A stretch of 64,000 nucleotides of DNA from an uncultured Aeromonadales bacterium (GCA_902782145.1 CACZLZ010000008.1:23327-87326), one strand, 5' to 3'; shown: positions 1 through 10,401, numbered from the stretch's first letter. The notes: generated by a model not told the origin, from the letters alone. Numbers and translations: made by a program.

Positions 1-192
1 TCCCTGGGTGAGACCGTTGATCTGAGCAGTCATACGATCGGCGATCTGCAGTCCGGCAGCATCGTCCTTGGCGGAGTTGATCCTGAGTCCTGAAGCCAGT
101 TTGGTGTAGGAACTGTCAAGCGACTTGGTGGATTTGGAAAGGTTGCGCTGCGCATTGATGGAGCTTGTATTAGTATTCACAAACAGTGCCAT
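1..192 (-). CDS. flagellin, N-terminal fragment (gene runs off the window start)
   Basis: Reverse-strand ATG at 190-192. Translation is MALFVNTNTSSINAQRNLSKSTKSLDSSYTKLASGLRINSAKDDAAGLQIADRMTAQINGLTQG, the canonical flagellin N-terminal (D0/D1) motif. Truncated, so absent from the ORF track. Confidence 0.85.
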   Translation of the reverse strand, partial: MALFVNTNTSSINAQRNLSKSTKSLDSSYTKLASGLRINSAKDDAAGLQIADRMTAQINGLTQG

Positions 193-261
193 TACCTTGT
201 CTCCTCTGATATAAACCACTTCCCGCACCCGAGGGGGGGGGCACGCATCTTGTCTGACTAC

Positions 262-289
262 TTATCGTCAGGATCGGAAAAAGATTAAG
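262..289 (-). promoter_or_regulatory. candidate sigma28 (FliA)-type promoter for the downstream flagellin
   Basis: Minus strand reads CTTAA-N15-GACGATAA, against the consensus TAAA-N15-GCCGATAA. It lies about 70 nt upstream of the ATG at 192. Confidence 0.35.
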
Positions 290-390
290 TGTTTTTTGAT
301 CCCCGCCGCAGAGCCTCCCAGGAAAGCCCCGGAGTGTCTGCTCAGGAACGGGTGCCGGAGAGCACCTGACAGATCCGTGCGGTGGCAGGG

Positions 391-420
391 AGTTCCCCCG
401 AGTTCCCCCGAGTTCCCCCG
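391..420. repeat. 10-bp tandem repeat AGTTCCCCCG x3
   Basis: Three perfect consecutive copies read directly, in the flagellin-flagellin intergenic region. Confidence 0.9.
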
Positions 421-545
421 AACTCCGAGATTAATTGTACACCTGGCACCCGCGAAAACATGGAAAGCGGAGCCACAGGATCCCCGGACAGCGACTTGAA
501 TCACGAAACCGGTGCTTCCAAAGCGAGCTCCACAAGAAAGTACCG

Positions 546-598
546 AAAAAAAAAACGGAGGGACACCAGCACATTGATACCAGGTATCACTCTGGTGG
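546..598 (-). terminator. possible intrinsic terminator after flagellin 632..1540
   Basis: On the minus strand a compound hairpin (CACCAG...CTGGTG with an inner GATA/TATC stem) is followed after 8 nt by T10. The gap between stem and T-run weakens the call. Confidence 0.4.
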
Positions 599-631
599 TC
601 ATGTCTACCGTCAGAAGATGGATGACAGGGG

Positions 632-1540
632 TCACTGAAGCATGCCCAATGCCGCCTCCGGACGCTGGTTGGCCTGGGTCAGAATAGACGTTGCAGCCTG
701 CTGGAGCACGTTGTACCGGGCCATGCTGGCAGTCTCCCGGGCGTAATCCGCATCCCGGATACGGGAGCGGCTGTCACTGAGATTCTCAATAATGTTCTCC
801 TGGGTGGCCACCGAAGCCTCCATGCGGCTCTGCATGGCACCCAGATTGCTGCGGTAGGAATCAATGTTGCTGAGGAATGTGTCCAGCAGATCAATAGCCG
901 CGTCGCTGTCAGTATCGCTGAGCACATCCAGGGGAACAAACCCGGAAGAGGGATCCTGCTCCAGGTAGTCCCCGGACAGTCCGTAGATCTGGCCGCCTTG
1001 ATTGACCTCCAGCAGTTCATCCAGACGCAGGAACTTCAGGGAAACGGTCTTGGTGCCGTCCGCCCCCACCTGGAAATCAAAGGTCTTCAGGGCGTTATCA
1101 TTCTCACCCTTGGCATACATCTCAAACAGATAAAGACTGCTGCCGTAGGTGGTGTCGGTGCCGACGCGCATCACCTCCCGGCTCAGCACCTGGAACTCGC
1201 TGTCAAGGGCACTCCGCTCCTCATCACTGTTGGTGCCGTTCCGGGACTGCACCGCCAGGGTGCGCATGCGCTGGAGCATGTTGGTAACTTCATCCAGTGC
1301 CCCCTCAATGACCTGGCACATGGACACGCAGTCGTTGGCATTGCGGTTGCCCTGGGTCAGAACGTCGATTTCCGTACCCATGCGGTTGGAGATCTGCAGA
1401 CCTGAGGCGTCATCCTTGGCCCGGTTGATCCTGAGTCCCGAGGACAAGCGCTCATAGCAGGTATCCAGCCCCCGGCCGGTGACCGACAGGTTCCTCATGG
1501 AATTGATGGAACTCATGTTGGTGTTGATGTAAAAACCCAT
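632..1540 (-). CDS. flagellin-family protein, short (302 aa) divergent paralogue
   Basis: N-terminus is MGFYINTNMSSINSMRNL...GLRINRAKDDASGLQISNRM. C-terminus is LGAMQSRMEASV...IRDADYARETASMARYNVLQQAATSILTQANQ. These are the conserved flagellin D0/D1 termini around a very short variable region. Confidence 0.85.
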   Translation of the reverse strand: MGFYINTNMSSINSMRNLSVTGRGLDTCYERLSSGLRINRAKDDASGLQISNRMGTEIDVLTQGNRNANDCVSMCQVIEGALDEVTNMLQRMRTLAVQSRNGTNSDEERSALDSEFQVLSREVMRVGTDTTYGSSLYLFEMYAKGENDNALKTFDFQVGADGTKTVSLKFLRLDELLEVNQGGQIYGLSGDYLEQDPSSGFVPLDVLSDTDSDAAIDLLDTFLSNIDSYRSNLGAMQSRMEASVATQENIIENLSDSRSRIRDADYARETASMARYNVLQQAATSILTQANQRPEAALGMLQ

Positions 1541-1894
1541 ATCATCCTCCTGTGATCCTTCCGGAACATCACCCTGACTGAAAACCGGACACTGATCAGC
1601 CGGGGAGCATACCCCGCTAGAGGGTTATAAGAAAAAAGCATGCCAGATGCATAAAACGCCGGGAAGGCCCTGCTCCCTTGAGGATCCTGGAAGAGAAATT
1701 CCCGCACTCCTCACGCAAGCCGATCAGGATCCCGCCGGAGCCGGCGGATCCATGGTAGGATCCCGGCAAACTGACCGGCTGAGCCCGGACCCGCAGCCCC
1801 TCCGGAAATGTCCTCCACCTGCCTGCCAGATAGGAAGACAACACCGCCGGAATTCCAGGATCGGCGCCAGATCAGAACAACAAGGAGAATCGAC

Positions 1895-2461
1895 ATGAGA
1901 AAAACCGCCCTGCTGCTGGCCGTAGCCGCCAGCTTGCTGTCCACTGCCGTCCCCGCCGCCGAGGAGGTGGTGTCATCCTTCACCAGCGCCGTGAATGACA
2001 AACTGGGGAAGGGGAGCATCAAGGGAGTGATCACCAGACAGGTCACCAGCGCCAAGTACGGGAACAAGGTGGATCTGAACCTGAAGATTGAAAGGACTGA
2101 CAGGAAAGGTAAAGTTCTGTGGACCGTCCGGGATTTTGTCCGGGACTGCACCGATGACGTGGATGTGGAACTGGAAATGCTGGCACCGATCAGCATAACC
2201 GACATCGACGACAACGGCTTGAATGAGATCTGGATGCCCTACAAGATGGCCTGCCGGGGGGACGTGTCCCCTGCGGTGATGAAGATCATCATGTATGAGG
2301 GAACAAAGAAACACGCCATGAGGGGAACAACCCGGATCCCCACCGGAGACGGCGAGACTGAGGGAGGTGAGCACACCGCAGACAGCGCCCTGGAAAATGC
2401 GGATCCCATGATCCTGCACCACGCCGAGCACCTGTGGAAGAAACTGGAGTCAGAATTCTGA
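1895..2461 (+). CDS. hypothetical secreted protein (188 aa)
   Basis: ATG at 1895 is preceded by AAGGAGA (1882-1888). The N-terminus MRKTALLLAVAASLLSTAVPAAEE looks like a signal peptide. No family recognised. The upstream part of ORF 1808.. was discarded. Confidence 0.6.
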   Translation: MRKTALLLAVAASLLSTAVPAAEEVVSSFTSAVNDKLGKGSIKGVITRQVTSAKYGNKVDLNLKIERTDRKGKVLWTVRDFVRDCTDDVDVELEMLAPISITDIDDNGLNEIWMPYKMACRGDVSPAVMKIIMYEGTKKHAMRGTTRIPTGDGETEGGEHTADSALENADPMILHHAEHLWKKLESEF

Positions 2462-2689
2462 CACCGTCTCACGACAAGATCACACCAACACCATCAGAGG
2501 GCGGACCATGGCGGACCGCCCTTCTGTTTCTGCCAGGTTTCACTGTTTCTGATCCCAGACCCCGGATCCGCTGTCAGAACACAGTACCCGCCATCCGGAA
2601 TGACACAGGGCAGTATCAGTTTCGGGTCACCGTCGGCTGGGCACTCAGTCTCTCTCTGCCGACATTTCCTCCGCCCCGGTGAGACCGTC

Positions 2690-4816
2690 TCAGTTCATCC
2701 CCATGGCCTCCCTTGCCAGGGAGACAGCATGATCCACCAGTTCCCGGTGAGGGCCGAAATCAAAACTGTCAACATGGGAGATCAGGTATTTTGAAGCAGC
2801 CTCCAGCCCCCTGAGGTGCCTAACAAGAAGGCTGTGTGCCAGTTCCACCGCCCTATTCTCGTCCTCGAAATAATACAGGACATGATTCACATAGAGAAGA
2901 AAGCTCTCATAGGACCGGAGCACGCACAATCCCGGGACGAATCCCTGGAGGATCAGACTCTTGAGCTCGTTCAACTGACATTCCTGGCGCAGGACAAACT
3001 CAGCGCGTCCCGCGGGCCTTGTGTCCCACTCAGCCAGGAGGGAGGCGAAAAAGCCGTCAAGCCTGTCTGCCCGCACCAGCTGCTTCAGCCTGCCAACATC
3101 AGGGAACTTAAGTGAGAACTGCCGGTAAATCCGGTTCCTCAGATCCTTCTTGTCTGCCTTGGCAAAATGAAAAAGGCCAATCTCAGCAAACCTGCGGGGA
3201 TCGGCGCCACTGATCCGGGCACCGTTGCTGCAGTTGAAAAACCGGGTTTGTTTTCTGTATTTGGCAATGCACATTTCCATCTGGGAGATGGAGCTCTTGA
3301 ACAGGGCATTGGTCCGGACCTCGGGCACAAAATTGCCCGCCATGGTCTCATGCATGATGTCCGTGGGCAGATTTTTGTACTGATCCTGCAGTTCATGGTT
3401 TTCATCAAAATAGAAACTGTGCTGGGAGTGTCCCTGATCCGAGGCACTGCCGTTGTCGGTTCCCAGCAGGTAAATGGTTTTAAAGCCCATGGCCGCCGTG
3501 AGTTCCAAGCCGAAATTGGCAACTAGAGGATTGGTCCACTCAAGAATACGGACACCGCTGAACACATCGGTACAGCAGCTGCTCAGGAGAAGCATGGTGA
3601 ACTCAGCGTCCTTGGGCACGATGATGCTGTGCCGGAACAGCTGCAGAACCCGGGTCTGGACAACATCAAGGGCAAAACAAACGGTCCGATCAAAGAACTC
3701 CCGGTGCTCAGTGATGGCCACAAGGCTGTCATACACCGGAGGGATCCGCTCCACGGCAACATAAATGTCAGCGCAGATCCCGCACCGGCACAATGCGGAA
3801 TAGGCGGTACCACAGGCAATGATCACACAACGATCCTGGTACTTCCGGAGAAGTTCAATGTCATCGTCCAGGGAGGGACCGTTGCCAACCACCACCGCCG
3901 GCACCGCTGCCAGACTGCCGGAAAGAACAGTCTTCCGCATCAGGGGGATCCCGGCAAGAAGGCTGGAGCAACTGTGATTGAAACCAAAAAGGTAGTCGTC
4001 AATAAACCCGTTGGCCAGGGACATGGTGGGAAAATTCCGCTCCCAGATCTCCTTGAACCGATCGATGGTCCGGTCACGGTAGGAGATCAGCAGTTTGAAG
4101 GGCAACATCAGCCCGACATTCAGGATAAAGAACTCCCGCAGATCGGAGAAGAACTCCTGGTGTTCGCTGGAGAGGTTCAGATAAATGCTGATCCCCCTGC
4201 CAGCAGCATATTCCAGAAGGGAGCTGTAATCAAAACAGCACAGGGACCAGTAGAACAGATCCGGGCTGGGCTCCACAACATACAGCGACACCGGGGTCAT
4301 TTTTTCATAAATGTAGCCCAGCTGAAAGCCCAGACCCAATCCGAACATGAACACCAGGGGCACTGACTCCAGATGCCTCACGTCAGAGGGACCTGAACAG
4401 ATCCTTCTCATATCCTCCAGGATCATCTGGTTCTGAAAATACTCATATTGGTAGAACTTGTTGTCAGCATTCAGCGTGTCATTAAACTCAGCCTTGATCA
4501 TTCCCTTGGACATGTCATCCAGGGAGTCAGCCAGGGCACGGGAGCGGGCAAAGGAATTCCCCCCGTAGACCAGCGTCCCGCTGGCAGTGTCAAGAAGATC
4601 CGGCTCGCCGTTCTCCAGGCACGTGAGAATGTATCTATCAGTTGGCCGGTAGTGCTCAAACCTCTCACAGATCTGGGGCATGAACTTCCTGAAGGCATTC
4701 AGGTTCTCCCGCAGTTTATGGGGGACAATGCTGTACAGGGCCTCCTGGGCCCTTTTGGCCTCATCCGAACTGAGCCTGCCTAACAGATCACTGGTGTTTG
4801 CTGAATTACCATCCAT
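2690..4816 (-). CDS. motility-associated factor (Maf, DUF115-type) flagellin glycosyltransferase
   Basis: Core VVVGNGPSLDDDIELLRKY...VIIACGTAYSAL matches the Maf/MptE-like DUF115 motif, and the gene sits between flagellin and flgL. Start was chosen at the internal ATG 4816 (MDGNSANT, with AGGAA upstream). The ORF is open up to 4915. Confidence 0.75.
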   Translation of the reverse strand: MDGNSANTSDLLGRLSSDEAKRAQEALYSIVPHKLRENLNAFRKFMPQICERFEHYRPTDRYILTCLENGEPDLLDTASGTLVYGGNSFARSRALADSLDDMSKGMIKAEFNDTLNADNKFYQYEYFQNQMILEDMRRICSGPSDVRHLESVPLVFMFGLGLGFQLGYIYEKMTPVSLYVVEPSPDLFYWSLCCFDYSSLLEYAAGRGISIYLNLSSEHQEFFSDLREFFILNVGLMLPFKLLISYRDRTIDRFKEIWERNFPTMSLANGFIDDYLFGFNHSCSSLLAGIPLMRKTVLSGSLAAVPAVVVGNGPSLDDDIELLRKYQDRCVIIACGTAYSALCRCGICADIYVAVERIPPVYDSLVAITEHREFFDRTVCFALDVVQTRVLQLFRHSIIVPKDAEFTMLLLSSCCTDVFSGVRILEWTNPLVANFGLELTAAMGFKTIYLLGTDNGSASDQGHSQHSFYFDENHELQDQYKNLPTDIMHETMAGNFVPEVRTNALFKSSISQMEMCIAKYRKQTRFFNCSNGARISGADPRRFAEIGLFHFAKADKKDLRNRIYRQFSLKFPDVGRLKQLVRADRLDGFFASLLAEWDTRPAGRAEFVLRQECQLNELKSLILQGFVPGLCVLRSYESFLLYVNHVLYYFEDENRAVELAHSLLVRHLRGLEAASKYLISHVDSFDFGPHRELVDHAVSLAREAMGMN

Positions 4817-5215
4817 CGTGCCTAATTCCTGAACTGCCAGGCCGAACCAGGCCTGCTGTCTGAGAAACAAAACAAAACGGTATGCCTGCCCTGCCCGCCG
4901 CACCCGTTTCATCACCGGAGTTCCAGCAGAGTGGGCTCAGGGTAAAGGACAGATCGCCTCCTGCCTGATACTATCACACAGTTCCCCTGGGATGCTCAGC
5001 CTGCGTGATACTGATATGACGGACCGCAAGATCACGGCGTCAGGTGATGAAGTGGGATGTGGCGGCGGGATGGAAGAAAGGATGGAGAGGATATGGGACA
5101 GGTTGGAGGACGGGGACGCCTGCCCTCCGCCGCCCTCCCCCGGCAGCCGTCACCGTCAGACGGCGAGTTCCTCAGGATGGTCAGATCCTCCCCGGCTCAT
5201 GCTCCCGGCACCGCC

Positions 5216-6460
5216 TCAGGAGATGTAGTCAAACAGGGAGGTTCCGGTCACATAGTTGAAGGACTTCATGGACATCTGGAGAATGGACTGCACCTTGGCC
5301 AGATCAGAGGTGGTCTCATAAAGATCCGCCTCGGAAATGGTGGACTTGGCATCCTTCTTCACATCCCCGATGGCCTGGTTGGAGTCAATCACCGTGTCCA
5401 GGATATTCTGCCGGCCGCCGATGGCTCCCAGGGTGGTGTTGATGCTGCTCTGGGTGTTGGTGATGTTGATCTCTGCCTTGGCCAGGGCATATTCGCGATC
5501 CACTGGGGAAACATAGTTGGCGTCAGCCGGATTGGTGCTACCCCTCAGGACGCTGATGACATCAGTCAGTGCATTCAGGACGTTGTCGTTAGCAGGACTT
5601 TCCATTCCCACAAGGAAGGAGGCACCCGCAGTCATCTCGCTGGTGACGATCTTCAGTCCGTGGTAAACCAGGGTACCGTCATCCGACGGTGTCACCTGGG
5701 TGGCAGCACCGCTGGGATCGGTGACGGTGAAGCCAGTGGCAGTACGCTGAACGGAGATGAACTGATCGGCGGTGCTCCCGGCAGGGAAGAACTGCTCATA
5801 CCAGGCACTGAACACATCGTAGTTGTCATAGGAGACATGGGGCTCGGGGCTGGGCAGGGGGTTGGTGCCGTTCTGGGTGATATAGGCATTCCTGGCCGTG
5901 GGCACATCCTCAAAAATGGTGCCGGGATCCGACACGGCGATGGACACCGAGGAGGATGCATTGATCATCCTCTGCCCCTGGTCGCCGTTGTAGACATATC
6001 TGCCGGAGCCGTCCAGGCTGAAGGCCTCATTCCGCCCCAAGGAGCCAGAGAAAATGTACTCCCCCTCAGCGGTCCTGGTGTTCATCAGGCCCTGCAGATA
6101 ATCCCTGATCTCCTCCAGTTCCTCCGCCACGGCGGCAAACTCAGTATCGGAATAGGAGGCGTTGATGGCAGAGGATATGAGGACCTGGGCCCGGTCCAGT
6201 CGGTCATGGGCAGCACTGAGGCTGGTCTCCTCCAGGTTCAGGGAGTCCACAGCATAGCCGGAGTTCACCGTGTACTGCTCATACATGGAGATCTCCTTCT
6301 CCAGGCGCATGGTGGCAGCGAAGTCCGCCGGGGCGTCACCGGCAGAGCGGAATTTAAGCCCGGTGTTGTAACTGTCGCTGACCCGGTCCATGCGGGAGTT
6401 GAGATCCTGGATGTACCTGGTGCTCTTGTGATATGACGTGGTGGTGGCTATGCGTGTCAT
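5216..6460 (-). CDS. flgL: flagellar hook-associated protein 3 FlgL
   Basis: MTRIATTTSYHKSTRYIQDLNSRMDRV...GLKFRSAGDAPADFA is a flagellin-like N-terminus. The gene lies immediately downstream of flgK. Confidence 0.9.
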   Translation of the reverse strand: MTRIATTTSYHKSTRYIQDLNSRMDRVSDSYNTGLKFRSAGDAPADFAATMRLEKEISMYEQYTVNSGYAVDSLNLEETSLSAAHDRLDRAQVLISSAINASYSDTEFAAVAEELEEIRDYLQGLMNTRTAEGEYIFSGSLGRNEAFSLDGSGRYVYNGDQGQRMINASSSVSIAVSDPGTIFEDVPTARNAYITQNGTNPLPSPEPHVSYDNYDVFSAWYEQFFPAGSTADQFISVQRTATGFTVTDPSGAATQVTPSDDGTLVYHGLKIVTSEMTAGASFLVGMESPANDNVLNALTDVISVLRGSTNPADANYVSPVDREYALAKAEINITNTQSSINTTLGAIGGRQNILDTVIDSNQAIGDVKKDAKSTISEADLYETTSDLAKVQSILQMSMKSFNYVTGTSLFDYIS

Positions 6461-6479
6461 GTCAGTGCTCTCCTGTCAG

Positions 6480-8174
6480 TCAGACCACATTGATGAGGGA
6501 CTGGAAGGTGTTCTGGGCCGCAGAGATGATCTTGGCGGCAGCTGAATAATACTGCTGGTACTGCACCAGGTGGGCGGCCTCCTCATCCAGACTGACCCCG
6601 GAAGCGGAGTCATAACTGGCCCGGGACTGCTCCAGTTTGGCATCGGCGGCCATGTAGGCAATGTTCTCGCTGCTGGCCACAGATCCCAGACTGCTGGTGA
6701 TGGTGGCATAGCGCTCGGTGAAACTCACCAGATCACCGCTTCCGGTGTAGGCCCGGCCGTTGGCCACAGCCGGGGTGTTCTGCAGGCGACTCATGAGAAT
6801 GCCGTTGGAGTTGTCGCTGGGTCCCATGCCGGATCCGGACAGGGCCAGATCCCGGGGATCCGTGGTCCTGAGGGTCAGTTTCCGGGCCACATCGGCAGCC
6901 GGCTTGATGGTGACCGTGGCATTGGGCTCGGCATAGTACCAGGCGGCACGGGTGTCCACAATGATGCCGTAGTCCGCCGGGTTCACCGGGTTTTCACTGA
7001 GGCTGCCGTCATCCATGATCTGGTAACAGGCGGTGATGGCACCGGTGTTGTCGGCCTTGAAGCACAGGCTGCAGTCAGAGAACTTCTCAATGGCGGAGGG
7101 ATCCACCACATAGCGGATGTGTCCACTGCCGTAGCAGGTTTCGCACCATTCATCGTCATTCACCACCGGTGCTGAGTTGGGAAGGGTGAACAGATCCTGG
7201 CCGGCATTGCCGATGAGATCCGTGCCGGCGGAGTTCTGCAGGTTGAAGTTCACCGCCAGGGACACGGCCAGCTGGGAGATCCCCGCCAGGGAGGAGTTGA
7301 TCTCCCGCCGGCAGGACAGCAGGCCCCCGATGCGCCCCCCCACATTCTCAAAGTCTGCTCCCAGTTTGGTCAGGTAGGTGGAGCCCTCAAAGCGCACCGC
7401 CAGTTCCCGGGCGCTGGTGTCGTTATACCCGGGAACCGCCTCCAGGTGCCCCCAGACACTCTTGTTCAGATCGGAATCCACCATCACCAGGGTCTGCCCT
7501 GAAGCCAGGTTGATCCCGATGACATCGGCATTGTCCTTGTTGGGCACCGTCCGGATATCCAGCAGCTCGGCCAGCTGGGCCACAGCCGCATCCCTCTGAT
7601 CCACCAGGTTGTAATAGAAGGAATCCCGGACCTTGCCGGCAGTGGCAATGCTGTTATTGAACTGGGCGATGCTCTTGATGAGATCATTGGCCTGGGTGAC
7701 CGCCTCGTCGATCTTCATCTCGTTGTCCTTCACCACATTCTCAATGTCGTCATAAAGGGTGTGGAAACGGTCAGTGAAAGCCTGGAGATCTGACATGAAC
7801 TCGGCCCGCTCCGACTCGGAGATGGGGTTGTTGATGGCCGACTCCAGAGAGGTGAACATCTGGGTCATGGACTCGGACAGGCCGATGGAACTGTCGGAGA
7901 GATACTGATCCACGGTGTGGATCTGCTGATACACAGCCTCATGGTAGGCGGCCCCCGCAGTGTCCCGCCATACCTCCTGCTGCTTGTAGACATCGTTCAG
8001 GCGCTGGGTGATCACCGCCCCCACGCCCAGGCACACATCACTGTCGGTGGTGACGGAACGCTGACGCACATAGTTGTCAGTGGCAACATTGGCAATGTTG
8101 TTGGAGGTGGTCCGCAGCAGAAGCTGCTGGGCCGCCACCGCCGACTTGCCGATTGATAACAGATCCGTTCCCAT
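6480..8174 (-). CDS. flgK: flagellar hook-associated protein 1 FlgK
   Basis: N-terminus LLSIGKSAVAAQQLLLRTTSNNIANVATDNYVRQ and C-terminus SLDEEAAHLVQYQQYYSAAAKIISAAQ are the FlgK signatures. Confidence 0.9.
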   Translation of the reverse strand: MGTDLLSIGKSAVAAQQLLLRTTSNNIANVATDNYVRQRSVTTDSDVCLGVGAVITQRLNDVYKQQEVWRDTAGAAYHEAVYQQIHTVDQYLSDSSIGLSESMTQMFTSLESAINNPISESERAEFMSDLQAFTDRFHTLYDDIENVVKDNEMKIDEAVTQANDLIKSIAQFNNSIATAGKVRDSFYYNLVDQRDAAVAQLAELLDIRTVPNKDNADVIGINLASGQTLVMVDSDLNKSVWGHLEAVPGYNDTSARELAVRFEGSTYLTKLGADFENVGGRIGGLLSCRREINSSLAGISQLAVSLAVNFNLQNSAGTDLIGNAGQDLFTLPNSAPVVNDDEWCETCYGSGHIRYVVDPSAIEKFSDCSLCFKADNTGAITACYQIMDDGSLSENPVNPADYGIIVDTRAAWYYAEPNATVTIKPAADVARKLTLRTTDPRDLALSGSGMGPSDNSNGILMSRLQNTPAVANGRAYTGSGDLVSFTERYATITSSLGSVASSENIAYMAADAKLEQSRASYDSASGVSLDEEAAHLVQYQQYYSAAAKIISAAQNTFQSLINVV

Positions 8175-8217
8175 GATCCTCTACCTCTGTCCCTGTGCCG
8201 TCTTTCCGGACTCCGCC

Positions 8218-9258
8218 TCAGCTCCAGTATTCCCTGAAAGCCGGATTGCGGATGATCTTCTTGAGCTTGTCCGCATACTTGGGATCCGTGGCATATCCCG
8301 CCTTCTGCAGCTCCTCAAAGTAGTTGTCGGCGGTCTGGGCGTCCTTCACCCTGCTGTAACGGCTGTTGCCGGTTATAAGCCGGGCGTAGTCCTCCATGCT
8401 GGCCTCGATGCTGCTGTAGGCCCGGAAGCTGGAGTTGACCATGACCTTCTTCCCGTTCACATACTCGTAGCTGTTGGCCCGGGTGGTTCCCGTCTTCCGG
8501 CCCCCGGCCTTGATCCCGTAGAAGTTGTTGGCCGATGCGGTGCCCTTCTTCATCAGGTGCCGGCCCCATCCGGTCTCCAGGGCCGCCTGGGCCACCATGA
8601 CCATGGGATCCAGCCCGAACTTGGAGGCCACCTTCCGGGCAATGGGCATCAGCTTGTCCACAAAGTCCAGCTGCGCCTTCCCGGCCTTGCCGTCCCGGCC
8701 CTTCACCGAGAAGTGCTTCTGGAGTTCGGCCTCCTGGATGACATCCGGAGTGCGGCTGCTCCTGACAGAATCCAAAGCAAATTCCCTGCCAAAATACTCA
8801 CTCCGCAGGGGAACCTGGGTAGCGGACTCCTGGCGGCGGGCGTTTTCCAGGCTGAAGGCGCCCGGGGTGCGGTTCAGGGCGAAGCTCCGGCTCTCATTGG
8901 GCATGTGGAGTTCACCGGTGGAAGGGGATGAGTTGGAAGACTTGTCCAGCTGGCGGACAATCAGTTCGGAAAGGCCCCCGGACTGCATGCTGACGCCGTT
9001 GCTGGCAAGCTGGGCGGACATCTGCTCATCCAGCATGGACTGGTAGAGCTCCGAGGTGGAACTGGACAGGGGGTTATCCTTGTACAGTTCCTTGGTTGAT
9101 TCTCTCTGGACCTTGAGCCACATCTGGGTGAACATGGCCTCAAACTGGTTGGCGGCCTGCCTGAGGGCGGCGCTCCTTTCCGCCTTCCCGCCGGTCAGGC
9201 CCTGCCTGCGAAGATGTTCCAGAGAGCTGTAGTCGTTGACAAAGTCGGTGTTTCCCAT
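8218..9258 (-). CDS. flgJ: flagellar rod assembly protein / peptidoglycan hydrolase FlgJ
   Basis: N-terminal rod-binding motif AANQFEAMFTQMWLK. C-terminal glucosaminidase-like AQAALETGWG...NNFYGIK...YEYVNGK. Confidence 0.9.
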   Translation of the reverse strand: MGNTDFVNDYSSLEHLRRQGLTGGKAERSAALRQAANQFEAMFTQMWLKVQRESTKELYKDNPLSSSTSELYQSMLDEQMSAQLASNGVSMQSGGLSELIVRQLDKSSNSSPSTGELHMPNESRSFALNRTPGAFSLENARRQESATQVPLRSEYFGREFALDSVRSSRTPDVIQEAELQKHFSVKGRDGKAGKAQLDFVDKLMPIARKVASKFGLDPMVMVAQAALETGWGRHLMKKGTASANNFYGIKAGGRKTGTTRANSYEYVNGKKVMVNSSFRAYSSIEASMEDYARLITGNSRYSRVKDAQTADNYFEELQKAGYATDPKYADKLKKIIRNPAFREYWS

Positions 9259-9282
9259 CTTCGCATCTCCTTCAGTCAGGGG

Positions 9283-10401
9283 TTATATGATGATCAGTTC
9301 CCCCTCTATAGCCCCGGCCTGCTGCAGAGCCTCCAGGACACTCATCAGGTCACCTGGCGCCAGGCCGATCTGGTTGATGGTCCGGACCAGGTCATCCAGG
9401 GAGTTGGAGGATTCCAGTTTGAACATCCGGGTGTTCTTCTCCTCCACCGAGATGTCGGATTCGGGAACCACCGCCGTCTCGCCTTCAGCCAGGGGGTTGG
9501 GCTGATAGACCTGGATATTCTCCTTCACAGTCACCGTGAGTCCGCCGTGGGTGATGGCCACCGGATGGAGTTTCACATCCTTCCCGATGACAATGGTGCC
9601 GGTGCGGGAGTTCACGATGATCTTCGCAGCCTCGTCAGCCATGGTCACATCCAGGTTCTCCACCGCCGACATGAAATTGACTCTGGCGCTGGGATCCCGG
9701 GGGGCGTAGACCTCCACCGAGGTTGCATCTAGTGCTCTAGCAGTATTCTTGCCAAAGTTCTCATTAATTGTGTCAGCCACACTGTTGGCGGTGGAAAAGT
9801 CGGCCCGGTGCAGGTTCAGCACCACCGTGTCCCCGTACTCGAAGGAGGACTTCACCGCCCGCTCCACGATAGCCCCGTTGGCAATGCGGCCCACCGTGGG
9901 AGTGTTGATCACCACCTTGGAGCCGTCAGAGCCCTCAGTGCCCAGGCCCGACACCACCAGGGATCCCTGGGCCACGGCGTACACCTGACCGTCCGCACCC
10001 TTCAGGAAGGTCTGGATCAGGGAGCCGCCCCTAAGACTCTTGGCCTCGCCGATCGCCGAAACGGTGACGTCAATAGTCTGACCCGGCTTGGCGAAGGGCG
10101 GCAGCTCCGCATGGACCACCACCGGTGCCACATCCTTCATCTTGGGCTTGATGTTGTCGGAGACCTTGATGCCGAAATTGTTGAGCATGGTGCGGAAGGT
10201 CTGCTCCGAGAAGGCGTTGTTCTTCTCGCCGGTGCCGTTGAGGCCCACCACCAGGCCGTAGCCGATAAGCTGGTTGGCCCTGACGCCCTGCACCGAGGTT
10301 ATGTCCTTGATCCGGGAAGCCTCAGCCTGGGGAAGGAGGATGATCTGGAGGATCATGGCCGCCGCCAGCAGGGAGGCCTTAAACAGCTGTCTGACATTCA
10401 T
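9283..10401 (-). CDS. flgI: flagellar P-ring protein FlgI
   Basis: Signal peptide followed by [31 protein letters not shown], the canonical FlgI sequence. Confidence 0.95.
   Translation of the reverse strand: MNVRQLFKASLLAAAMILQIILLPQAEASRIKDITSVQGVRANQLIGYGLVVGLNGTGEKNNAFSEQTFRTMLNNFGIKVSDNIKPKMKDVAPVVVHAELPPFAKPGQTIDVTVSAIGEAKSLRGGSLIQTFLKGADGQVYAVAQGSLVVSGLGTEGSDGSKVVINTPTVGRIANGAIVERAVKSSFEYGDTVVLNLHRADFSTANSVADTINENFGKNTARALDATSVEVYAPRDPSARVNFMSAVENLDVTMADEAAKIIVNSRTGTIVIGKDVKLHPVAITHGGLTVTVKENIQVYQPNPLAEGETAVVPESDISVEEKNTRMFKLESSNSLDDLVRTINQIGLAPGDLMSVLEALQQAGAIEGELIII

Noticed and set aside
1631-1645. Sigma54-like element TGGCAT-GCTTT-TTTC upstream of flagellin 632..1540.
   Set aside because: The -12 element lacks the conserved GC dinucleotide, so it is too weak to call without transcript data.
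5057-6436. 459-aa plus-strand ORF antisense to flgL. Similar long antisense ORFs are 9808..11085, 26563..28011, 33276..34691, 36313..37662, 38423..39523, 39961..40842, 42371..44005, 47086..48765, 48917..49990, 53820..54899 and 54941..56140.
   Set aside because: All of them overlap confidently identified genes on the opposite strand. Their products are Gly/His/Pro/Arg-rich low-complexity sequences, typical of stop-poor antisense frames in high-GC DNA.
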